IMG/VR virus record: IMGVR_UViG_3300032295_003109
Location: 1-25,122 of that record
Direction: 5' to 3' (one strand)
Source: a virus
Taxonomy: Duplodnaviria > Caudoviricetes
Length of the DNA stretch: 25,122 bases
Below are positions 1 through 8,210 of this stretch, piece by piece. The notes beneath the pieces were generated by a model. That model saw only the letters and a program-made list of their open reading frames with translations. It searched no databases and was not told where the DNA came from. Each line of letters opens with the position of its first letter. The stretch's first letter is position 1. Position numbers and translations under genes: made by a program.

Positions 1-1
1 T

Positions 2-2302
2 ACTACATCTACAGGTAATGATGTTTTAAAATATTGGTATAGACATAAATTAACTAAGGGCCAAACAGCTAACGTAGGGGATGAAGTTTGGTTTTTTATT
101 TCTGGGTCCTCTTTATCTTCTATAGGAGAACAATTAATTGATAATAACCAACAAACCAATTTTATTTCTCCTAAATATTCTATTGCTTCTATATCTTCTA
201 ATACTACTGAGGCACCAACTCCAGGTTATAGAATAGTAGCGTTTTATTCTAATAATGGTTCTACTTATAGTGAAATTGATTCTTCTTACTATAATTTTGA
301 TTATAAAACTGGTATATTTCAATTTACTTCTTCTGTTATAGCTAATTCTGTTATAGCTGACCAAACTAATGGTAGAGTATATTTATCTGCTTATCAATAT
401 GTTGGTGAAACTCTTGATGAAAGATTAACTCTTATCAAAAACAGCATTGATAGTATAGGAGATGGCGGAACTGGGGCTGGTTTTCCTTTTAGTGGTTCAG
501 CTGTAATAACTGGATCTTTTGCTGTTAGTGGTTCTAATGTTAATTTTACTCTAGCTACTGGTGTAAGTGGTGCGTTTAGTGGGAGTTTTAGTGGTGATGG
601 TAGTGGATTAACTAATTTAAGTAATGTTGTTTACACTAATTTAGCAGATAATGCTATCCAAAATATTGGTGGAACTTTAAAATTAACTGGAGACATAATT
701 GCTGAAAATTTTGTAGTATCATCTTCAGTCTTTTATTTTACTGAATCATTTGCTTCAGGTTCTACTAAATTTGGTAATTCGGGTGATGATATTCACCAAT
801 TTACTGGTAGTTTACAAGTATCTGGAGCTTTAAAACTTAATATAGCTACTGATATTACAAGTGAACGTACTCCCCTTGTAATTGATGGTAATGGCAATAT
901 TTATCTTGCTAATGCTGATTATATTACATCTGCGGATGCTAGTACTTATGAGCTTAAAATTAGTTCTAGTGGTGATAATAACCTTATTACTATAACTAAT
1001 AGTGAAGCTTTAATAATTTCAGGAGCTGGTGGTTTGAGTGTTACTTCTAACACTAATACTCTAACTATTAGAGCCGGAGGTGGTATATTAAGTAGTTCAG
1101 CCCAAATTGCTACTGATATTTCAGGAGCATTTACATCAGTTTCTTCTTCTTTAGCAAGTCGTATTGATACTAATACAACTAATATTAGTAATCTTCAAAC
1201 CAGCGGTTCAGCCGGTTTTATTATTAGTAGTTCTGGTGGACAATTTAATGTAGGGGCATATCAAACCGCTTCATTTGTTGGAGGAACCTCAGGAATTAGC
1301 GTAACCTCAAACACAGGTAATAAAAGAATTACTATAGGATCAAGCAGTGACAATGTTACCTTTAATACTCTTACACTCAATAATACACCTATTATAGGAA
1401 GTAGTGGTGTAGTTGTAGATATTTTACTTTTATCAAATTCTTTAGTTTCTGAAGAAGCACCAGGTAAGTTAACATATGCTAATATTAATAATGCTCTTAA
1501 TTATCTTCAAATTAGTGGAAGTAATATTAGTTCTATAAATGTTGGTGCTTCTCTTACAGGATTATCTTTAACTAATTATTCTGCTGTTAATCAGGGCCTT
1601 TTAGCCTTCCCAGGGCTTACATCTTTCAGAGTAGGTAAAAATATTGATGATTATCATATTTATCTTTCAGGTAGTAGTACAAATAAGACTATTCAGTTAA
1701 GTGGTTCTTTATTTTTAGAAAATCTTACTAATGCTAATAGTTCTAATGTATTAGTATATAATACTACTACGGGACAAGTTACTTATGATACTACTTATAA
1801 TTCTTCTATTACTTCTTTAAATAGTGTTACTGGTTCTATTGTATCATTAAATGCTGCTACCAGTTCTTACTTACTAAGTTCTCAAACTGGTTCAGGTTTT
1901 GAAAGTTTAGTAATTAAGGGTGATTTAGTAGTTAATGGAACTACTACTTATATTAATGTTAATAATTTACTTGTTGAAGATAAATTTATATTATTAAATA
2001 GTGGCAGTACTGGTAGCCCCTCAAACGAAGGTGGTATTATAGTTCAAACTACTAATGATGGTAGCGGTAGTGCTTTCTTTTATGACTCTGAAGCTAATCG
2101 TTGGGCACTTACTCGAAGTGGATCAGTTACTTGGAATGATGGTAGTATAACATTAGGAGCTACTACAGAATTTATAGTAACTATAAGTTCTTCAGCATCA
2201 GGCCCCGCAAGTATCCCTATTAATTTTGGAACTACAGATACTTATAGAGCAGGACAAATGCATATTAACACAGATACCGGAGATATTTGGATTTATTCAT
2301 AA
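2..2302 (+). CDS. Tail fibre/appendage protein, 5'-truncated (start lies upstream of the window)
   Basis: The frame of the listed 1034..2302 ORF is open back to position 2 (TTSTGNDVLKYWYRHKLTKGQ...), so the TTG at 1034 is internal. Ser/Thr/Gly-rich beta repeats. It shares the SSSVxYFTESFxSGSTKFG and GxLxVNGT modules with downstream fibre genes and ends ...GQMHINTDTGDIWIYS*. Confidence 0.8.
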   Translation, partial: TTSTGNDVLKYWYRHKLTKGQTANVGDEVWFFISGSSLSSIGEQLIDNNQQTNFISPKYSIASISSNTTEAPTPGYRIVAFYSNNGSTYSEIDSSYYNFDYKTGIFQFTSSVIANSVIADQTNGRVYLSAYQYVGETLDERLTLIKNSIDSIGDGGTGAGFPFSGSAVITGSFAVSGSNVNFTLATGVSGAFSGSFSGDGSGLTNLSNVVYTNLADNAIQNIGGTLKLTGDIIAENFVVSSSVFYFTESFASGSTKFGNSGDDIHQFTGSLQVSGALKLNIATDITSERTPLVIDGNGNIYLANADYITSADASTYELKISSSGDNNLITITNSEALIISGAGGLSVTSNTNTLTIRAGGGILSSSAQIATDISGAFTSVSSSLASRIDTNTTNISNLQTSGSAGFIISSSGGQFNVGAYQTASFVGGTSGISVTSNTGNKRITIGSSSDNVTFNTLTLNNTPIIGSSGVVVDILLLSNSLVSEEAPGKLTYANINNALNYLQISGSNISSINVGASLTGLSLTNYSAVNQGLLAFPGLTSFRVGKNIDDYHIYLSGSSTNKTIQLSGSLFLENLTNANSSNVLVYNTTTGQVTYDTTYNSSITSLNSVTGSIVSLNAATSSYLLSSQTGSGFESLVIKGDLVVNGTTTYINVNNLLVEDKFILLNSGSTGSPSNEGGIIVQTTNDGSGSAFFYDSEANRWALTRSGSVTWNDGSITLGATTEFIVTISSSASGPASIPINFGTTDTYRAGQMHINTDTGDIWIYS

Positions 2303-2322
2303 AAATTACACAAAATATTGAT

Positions 2323-2351
2323 AGGGTGCCATTATTTGGCACCCTTTCTTT
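2323..2351 (+). terminator. Intrinsic terminator
   Basis: 9-bp stem AGGGTGCCA/TGGCACCCT with loop TTATT, followed by TTCTTT; 20 nt after the ORF1 stop. Confidence 0.8.
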
Positions 2352-2359
2352 ATATGTAT
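2352..2359 (+). promoter_or_regulatory. ATATGTAT putative late-promoter motif
   Basis: One copy of the recurrent ATAT[T/G]TAT motif, 21 nt before ATG 2381. Confidence 0.6.
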
Positions 2360-2380
2360 ATATAAAAAATATTAAATATT

Positions 2381-2533
2381 ATGTTTCAAATTAAATTAGA
2401 TCCCCAAGAAGTTAAATTTTTAATCGCAGCAACTCATAATACTCAAATTTATGGTAGAGATGCTCACGTAATTTCAAATCTTTTAAAGAAATTGGAAGAA
2501 AAACTTAACTCATTACAAGAAGTAAAACCTTAA
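2381..2533 (+). CDS. Small hypothetical protein, 50 aa (not in ORF track), helical C-terminus
   Basis: MFQIKLDPQEVKFLIAATHNTQIYGRDAHVISNLLKKLEEKLNSLQEVKP*. It has its own promoter-like motif and an A-rich leader, and fills an otherwise empty gap. Confidence 0.75.
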   Translation: MFQIKLDPQEVKFLIAATHNTQIYGRDAHVISNLLKKLEEKLNSLQEVKP

Positions 2534-2548
2534 TATAATTATACACGG

Positions 2549-2613
2549 ACTATATTGTTGGCCTTTAAAAGTAGAGGAAGTAGGCGATCGTTCGTATCTA
2601 ACCGCAGTAGAGT
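2549..2613 (+). ncRNA. Putative structured cis-regulatory RNA leader (three-way junction)
   Basis: GC-richer island with hand-folded stems TATTGT(T)GG/CCGCAGTA, CCTTTA/TAGAGG and TAG-GCGA/TCGT-(AT)-CTA. It lies between a promoter-like ATAATTAT (2535-2542) and ATG 2621. Confidence 0.5.
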
Positions 2614-2620
2614 ATAAAAT

Positions 2621-4990
2621 ATGCCAAATTGGAAAAAAGTCATAGTATCCGGCTCGGATGCTATTTTGAATAGTATTAGCTCAAGTCTCGGAATTTATTC
2701 TGCGGGAAACATTACTGCTCCTAATTTTATAGGTACTGCTTCTTCCGCATTAAATGGCGGAGTTACACAATTAATCGCAGGAGCTAATATAGCTTTATCA
2801 CCTAGTAATGGAACTGGGCAAGTTACTATTACATCAGCGGGTGGGGGAACATTTTATAATACGTCTACTGGTTCTTATGGTAGTTTTTATGATACTACTA
2901 CCCAAACTAACCCTACTGCTAATACCATTAATTCTATGTCGTTTAATTCGACAGATATCTCTAATGGTGTATCAATTTCAGGATCTACTAACCCCTATAA
3001 TACTTTTGTTAAAATAACAAACGCTGGTATTTATGATATACAATTTTCAGCCCAAATAGAAAAAACAGACTCAGGAAATGATGATATATTTATATGGATT
3101 GCTAAAAATGGTATATCCTTAACTGATACTGCTACCTCTATAACTCTCGTTGGTAATAATGCTAAAAATGTAGCTGCTTGGAATTGGTTTATTAGTGCTA
3201 ATGGGGGTGATTATCTTCAATTGTTTTGGTATGCTGCTGACACAAATGTAAGAATTCTTGCTCAGCCCTCTGATGGTATCCCAGGTATTCCTTCAGTTAT
3301 ATTAACTGCTACTAGAATTGATACTTTTCTTAGTAACACAGGTTCATTTAGTGGTTCTTTTACTGGCAATTTGATAGGAACTGCTTCAAGAGCTACTTCA
3401 GCCTCTATAGCAGATTCTATAAAAATTACTAATGATGCTAATAATAGAATAATTACATCTAATGGCAATAATACTTTAAATGCTGAAGAAACACTTACAT
3501 ATGATGGTTCTCAGTTATCATTTGATGCGGCAACTCGAATAAGTATAAATAGTTATAGATTATTTGATGTATCTAAAAATTCAAACGATGTTACTATAGC
3601 ATTAGGTGATTTATCTAACGCATTTAATTCTACTGAATTAAGAGTAAATGATGGTGAGCAAAAAATAGAACTATTCTTTAGCTCATCTAAGGGTAGTAGT
3701 GTTATAAGTCATTATTTTGATAATACAGGATTATTTGTAACAGGTGCTATTACTGCTAGCGAATTATATATTGATAATCGCACATTATCTCCAGCATTTT
3801 TTAGTGGTGACGTAGATGTTACAGGTAGATTAACAGCAGGTATAGGCGATTTTAACGAATTAACTGGTAATTGGTTATCATCAAATGGTGCTAATCGAGT
3901 TATTACGTCAGATGGTGATGGAACTTTTACAGCAGAAACAGGATTAACTTATACCCCAAATACCCTCAACGTTGAGGGTTCTGTTATTGCTACAGGTAAT
4001 ATTACAGCTTATGGTAATCTTATAGCAAAACAATTTATTGTTTCATCATCTGTATCTTATTTTACTGAGTCATTTTCTTCAGGTTCTACTAAATTTGGTG
4101 ACTCAAACGATGATACTCACCAAGTTACAGGTTCTTTATTAGTTACAGGTAGTATTACAGGAACTACTTTATTAATAAATGGTAATAAAATTACTGATTC
4201 TACTATAATTAATAGTCCAGTCATTAAGTTTGCTAACCTTCCTGAAAACCTTAATGGAGAAATGGAAGGAGTAGTAGTATGGGATTCTACTCAAGGTCAA
4301 TTATATTGGACAAGTTCATTAGGAAGTGGGTTTACTACCGCTCATACTTTACAACAAGTTACTACCGCTGGTTCTTCTACTACTATTCCTATTACTGCTT
4401 CTATTATAAGTGCCAGTAATGCGATTTATACAAGTCAGTCACATACTACTACATTAAGTTTTAAAGCTCCTTTAAATTCTACAAGTAGCTTTGAAATTTT
4501 AACTATCCCTCCAGGACACCATTCAGTTAAAGGAGTAATAAAAGAAAGTTTAACTTTAGGTTCTAATACTTATTGTAATTTTAGTTTATTCAAAGTTACT
4601 CAAAGTATAAGTTGTATCGAATTTAATCCTACTTTTATTTATAGAGCAGAAACTACTTCACCTTTTCTTATAAGTTTCCAAATTAAAGTTACTCCTGATC
4701 GTGATGCTTTTACTTCTACAACTCTTATTAATAATACTTTTCAAAGTAATATTTCTAATTTAAGTTTTTCCCCCAATTCAAATGTATTAAATTTTGTTGA
4801 TACTAGTGGTTTTGCTAATTTTGTTAATAACCACAATTTAATAGCAAATGGTTTTTGGGATATTAATTATGTTTCTACTTTTATGGAAGTTTCTTTTATT
4901 AGAAACTTTACATCAGTAGGCTCAAACACAGGTAATTTAGCTAATAGTCTTTTAAATGTAATTATTCCTTATGAAATTTATCAATTCTAA
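2621..4990 (+). CDS. Tail fibre/appendage protein with internal C1q/BclA-CTD-like domain
   Basis: 789 aa, N-terminus MPNWKKVIVSGS. The segment YGSFYDTTTQ...GIYDIQFSAQI...WIAKNG...GDYLQLFW resembles a C1q/TNF-like jelly roll. Contains two NRxITSxGxxTxxAExxLTY repeats and the shared FTESFxSGSTKFG module. Confidence 0.75.
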   Translation: MPNWKKVIVSGSDAILNSISSSLGIYSAGNITAPNFIGTASSALNGGVTQLIAGANIALSPSNGTGQVTITSAGGGTFYNTSTGSYGSFYDTTTQTNPTANTINSMSFNSTDISNGVSISGSTNPYNTFVKITNAGIYDIQFSAQIEKTDSGNDDIFIWIAKNGISLTDTATSITLVGNNAKNVAAWNWFISANGGDYLQLFWYAADTNVRILAQPSDGIPGIPSVILTATRIDTFLSNTGSFSGSFTGNLIGTASRATSASIADSIKITNDANNRIITSNGNNTLNAEETLTYDGSQLSFDAATRISINSYRLFDVSKNSNDVTIALGDLSNAFNSTELRVNDGEQKIELFFSSSKGSSVISHYFDNTGLFVTGAITASELYIDNRTLSPAFFSGDVDVTGRLTAGIGDFNELTGNWLSSNGANRVITSDGDGTFTAETGLTYTPNTLNVEGSVIATGNITAYGNLIAKQFIVSSSVSYFTESFSSGSTKFGDSNDDTHQVTGSLLVTGSITGTTLLINGNKITDSTIINSPVIKFANLPENLNGEMEGVVVWDSTQGQLYWTSSLGSGFTTAHTLQQVTTAGSSTTIPITASIISASNAIYTSQSHTTTLSFKAPLNSTSSFEILTIPPGHHSVKGVIKESLTLGSNTYCNFSLFKVTQSISCIEFNPTFIYRAETTSPFLISFQIKVTPDRDAFTSTTLINNTFQSNISNLSFSPNSNVLNFVDTSGFANFVNNHNLIANGFWDINYVSTFMEVSFIRNFTSVGSNTGNLANSLLNVIIPYEIYQF

Positions 4991-4993
4991 ACT

Positions 4994-6331
4994 ATGAATT
5001 TATTTGATCTAAATATTATTTCTTCAGGATCATTAAATCTTTATGCTAACGCTGTAGATTTTATAAGTCAGTCAGGATTTACCACTGAAGTAACATCACA
5101 GGGAAAATTAATATTTAAAGAAAGAAGTTATGGCTTAGGTGATCTCGATATATTACAAATCAGTAGTTCAAATAGAGAACCAAGAGTAGGTATAGGTTTT
5201 TCTAAAAGTGATAATTTTTCTAAAACATTTGACTTACTAACAGCTAAAGATGATACTACTGGAACTGAGATACTACTTCGTAGTAGTAGAACAACAACAG
5301 GAGCAGAAACTGGAGACGAAGCAGGGAAAATAACTTTTGCTATTAATAGTGCTAGTTTTAAATCAATTGATGATTCAGGCTCTGTAGCAAATATAGTAGC
5401 TAAAGTAACTGATGTAACTAGTCAAGGTGTAATAGGTAAATTAATATTTAATACTTCAAATGCTAAAGGTGAAGCCCCATATGAAACTTTAGTTTTATCC
5501 TATGGGCAATCTACATTTAGTAGTTCTTTAAATGTATTACAATCATTAAATGTAACACAAAATGTAAGTTCTTCTTTATCTAGAGCTAATAGTTTAATTA
5601 TAGGAAATGTATCTAATTTAGGGACTAATAATGCTAATATAGCAGGTAATTTAAAAATAGGAAACAACATCACAGCAAGTAATAATATCAGTGCTAGTAA
5701 CTATATAATAGGTAGAAATATAATTGGTACTGAGTTAGGACAACTAGTTGATGGCCCGTCTACTGGATTATTATATGAAGTAACGTGGTATGGTAGATTT
5801 GAACAATCTGATTTTGGTCCTGTTTATTATGAAACCTCTTCTCAAGATTTTAAATATGTTCCTTCGTGGGCTGGTTCTTCTAAAGTATTATTGACAGGAT
5901 CTTTATTAATAACAGGAAGTACTACAATAACAGGTCCCTTAATTATAACAGGTTCTCAACTTATAACTCAAGATATATCTTCGAACGGAACTATTAGAGC
6001 AAGAGTAAAATCTTTCGATATCCCCCACCCTACACGTAAAGGAAAAAGATTAGTATATGGTGCTTTAGAAGGACCTGAACACGGGATTTATTGTAGGGGA
6101 GAATCTAAGGAATTAAAAGTATTACTTCCTTCTGAATGGAGAGCAATGGTTAATAAAAAAACCATCTCTGTTCAGATTACTCCTATAGGTGAGTGGCAGC
6201 CTATATATTTTAAAAAATTTGAAAGTAACTGGATTCATTTTGGTTGCGGTGACAACAGAGAAACCTATCATTTCTATTGGGAGATAAAAGGTGAACGAAC
6301 TGATGTTCCTAAACTAGAAACAATCCAGTAA
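4994..6331 (+). CDS. Tail fibre protein with conserved C-terminal KSFxIxHP...LEGPE...YxRG domain
   Basis: 445 aa. The C-terminus VKSFDIPHPTRKGKRLVYGALEGPEHGIYCRG...ISVQITPIG...GERTDV is a motif I recognise from phage fibre C-termini (chaperone- or adaptor-like). The N-terminal part is paralogous to a segment of 8211..11399. Confidence 0.7.
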   Translation: MNLFDLNIISSGSLNLYANAVDFISQSGFTTEVTSQGKLIFKERSYGLGDLDILQISSSNREPRVGIGFSKSDNFSKTFDLLTAKDDTTGTEILLRSSRTTTGAETGDEAGKITFAINSASFKSIDDSGSVANIVAKVTDVTSQGVIGKLIFNTSNAKGEAPYETLVLSYGQSTFSSSLNVLQSLNVTQNVSSSLSRANSLIIGNVSNLGTNNANIAGNLKIGNNITASNNISASNYIIGRNIIGTELGQLVDGPSTGLLYEVTWYGRFEQSDFGPVYYETSSQDFKYVPSWAGSSKVLLTGSLLITGSTTITGPLIITGSQLITQDISSNGTIRARVKSFDIPHPTRKGKRLVYGALEGPEHGIYCRGESKELKVLLPSEWRAMVNKKTISVQITPIGEWQPIYFKKFESNWIHFGCGDNRETYHFYWEIKGERTDVPKLETIQ

Positions 6332-6361
6332 CTTTTAAAATTAATTTGGTTTTAGTTCTTT

Positions 6362-6369
6362 ATATTTAT
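6362..6369 (+). promoter_or_regulatory. ATATTTAT putative late-promoter motif
   Basis: 24 nt before TTG 6394; TTTGG lies 12 nt upstream. Confidence 0.6.
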
Positions 6370-6393
6370 TAACAACAACATAAGACTATAACC

Positions 6394-6642
6394 TTGCCTT
6401 TATACACAAGAGACATAATAATAACCCCAGCTAGCGGAACTATTTTATTTAGTGGATCTGCTGGCCCCTATTGGTCACTTTTAGAAGTTAACGATAGTGG
6501 TAGTTTATCTCTTTTCATCACTGAAAGTGGTGTATTTGCTATTACTGGTGCTGTAGATATTACAGGATCTTTAAACATCTCTGGAACTTTGTCTGTAGAT
6601 GACATTGTATTAAGGGGTATAATGGATTTAGGAACGTTTTAA
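6394..6642 (+). CDS. Mini fibre/adaptor protein (82 aa, TTG start) ending DLGTF
   Basis: N-terminal DIIITPASGTILF, short ITGxxxI repeats, and C-terminal MDLGTF* resembling the IDGGTF* end of the next gene. Confidence 0.7.
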   Translation: MPLYTRDIIITPASGTILFSGSAGPYWSLLEVNDSGSLSLFITESGVFAITGAVDITGSLNISGTLSVDDIVLRGIMDLGTF

Positions 6643-6649
6643 TATGTAT
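6642..6649 (+). promoter_or_regulatory. ATATGTAT putative late-promoter motif
   Basis: Overlaps the upstream stop codon; 43 nt before ATG 6693. Confidence 0.55.
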
Positions 6650-6692
6650 TCATAGATTATAATCAACAACATATAAGGTAACATAAAATATT

Positions 6693-8117
6693 ATGGCACA
6701 AACAATTAAATTAAAAAGAGGTGGTTTTGCTGGTTTACCATCAGTATCTACTACTTATGGTGAATTAATATTAGCTACTGGTTCTTTGGGATCAGGTTTA
6801 TCAGTATCACCCATTCTTGTAGCTAATGATAGTATAGCTTTAAGACCGGTCGCAGGTGCTGTTATAACAGGTTCTACACCTCCTAATATTTCATCATATC
6901 CTCAATTATCAGGTTTATTATTTTATGAAAATGATGCTAAACAATTTTGGAGATTAGATTCAAATGGTAACCAAAATTTAGCAATATTAGCCACTGTCGA
7001 AAATTCTTTAACATTTGGATCTGGGTTAAATGCTGGGTCTTTTAATGGATCTTCAGCTGTTACTATAAGTGTTGATTCTGGTTCTATGAAAGTATTCTTC
7101 AATTCAGCTTCTTATGCTGGAGTTAGTGGAGATATATTAATTAATGCTAGTACAGGTGTAGCAACTATTCAGCCAGACTCAGTTGTTTTAGGTACAGATA
7201 CTACAGGTAATTATGTTGCTACTATTGCTAACGCTACTAATGGTGGTACTACTATTAATAATAGTGGTACTGAAACTGCTGCTGTTACTATAGCACTTAA
7301 CTTTGGTGATCTTACTGAAGCTGCTGTAACAGTAGGAACTGATTATATTCCCTTTATAGATGGAGGTGCTACTGGTGATTCTCGCAAAGAATCAATCGCT
7401 GATTTAGTTTCAGCAGTAGCAGGTACTAATTTAGTAGCTGCTGCTGGTGTTCTTAGTGTTCCTTCAGTAACTAATTTAAATGCTGCTTCAGGTAGTTACT
7501 TAATAAGTGCTTCAGTTATTGGGACTGCTAATGAAGTTGATATTAAAGGTAATGGTCTCCAAGGAATTCAAATTGGATTACCTGATAATGTAACTATAGC
7601 AGGTGATTTAGCAGTTAATGGAGGTGATATAACTTCAACTGCTGCTACTTTTAATTTCTTAACTTCAAACTCAGGTCTTACTTCTCTTACTATAGGCCAC
7701 GCAAATACTAATGTTAGTATCGCTGGTAATTTAGATGTTAATGGAACTATAACTACTATTGACTCTACCACTGTAGAAATAGGAGACCGAATTATTGAAC
7801 TTAATGCCGCTTCGGCCGCAGGTGATGGTGGTATATTTGTTAGAGATGCTAATGGTAACCAAACAGGTTCATTGTTGTGGGATGTTACTAATAATTATTG
7901 GAAAGGTGGCCTTCTTTCATCTGAAAAGGCTTTTGTAAGAACAGAAACCGCTACTGGATTTACTGGAACACCTTTAGCATTTGTATATGCTAGTAGTAGT
8001 AATACTTTAGATCATAAATCATTTACATATGCTGGTGTTGTTGATGATGGTTATTATTTAGTATATAGTGCTTCTCAATTCCAAGCCACTAAGGTAATTG
8101 ACGGCGGTACTTTCTAA
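6693..8117 (+). CDS. Tail fibre protein (MAQxIKLKR N-terminus, DGGTF C-terminus)
   Basis: 474 aa. MAQTIKLKRG...YGELILAT resembles the Mtd_N-like IxLKR...GE N-terminal domain. It shares the GNLDVNGT...IELN...DGGI...LWD module with ORF1. Confidence 0.75.
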   Translation: MAQTIKLKRGGFAGLPSVSTTYGELILATGSLGSGLSVSPILVANDSIALRPVAGAVITGSTPPNISSYPQLSGLLFYENDAKQFWRLDSNGNQNLAILATVENSLTFGSGLNAGSFNGSSAVTISVDSGSMKVFFNSASYAGVSGDILINASTGVATIQPDSVVLGTDTTGNYVATIANATNGGTTINNSGTETAAVTIALNFGDLTEAAVTVGTDYIPFIDGGATGDSRKESIADLVSAVAGTNLVAAAGVLSVPSVTNLNAASGSYLISASVIGTANEVDIKGNGLQGIQIGLPDNVTIAGDLAVNGGDITSTAATFNFLTSNSGLTSLTIGHANTNVSIAGNLDVNGTITTIDSTTVEIGDRIIELNAASAAGDGGIFVRDANGNQTGSLLWDVTNNYWKGGLLSSEKAFVRTETATGFTGTPLAFVYASSSNTLDHKSFTYAGVVDDGYYLVYSASQFQATKVIDGGTF

Positions 8118-8139
8118 ATATTTATATATATTTCTTTTT

Positions 8140-8170
8140 GAAAGTCCCGATTTTTTCGGGACTTTCTTCT
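8140..8170 (+). terminator. Intrinsic terminator
   Basis: 11-bp stem GAAAGTCCCGA/TCGGGACTTTC with a T5 loop and T-rich tail, after stop 8117. Confidence 0.8.
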
Positions 8171-8210
8171 ATTTATTCACGCAGTAAATACTGATTAAAT
8201 TTCCATATAT

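Noticed and set aside
1034-1036. TTG start given for the first ORF
   Set aside because: The frame is open and fibre-like back to position 2.
2808-3017. Alternate-frame 69-aa plus-strand ORF
   Set aside because: Nested in the fibre gene; Leu-rich off-frame artefact of T/A-ending codons.
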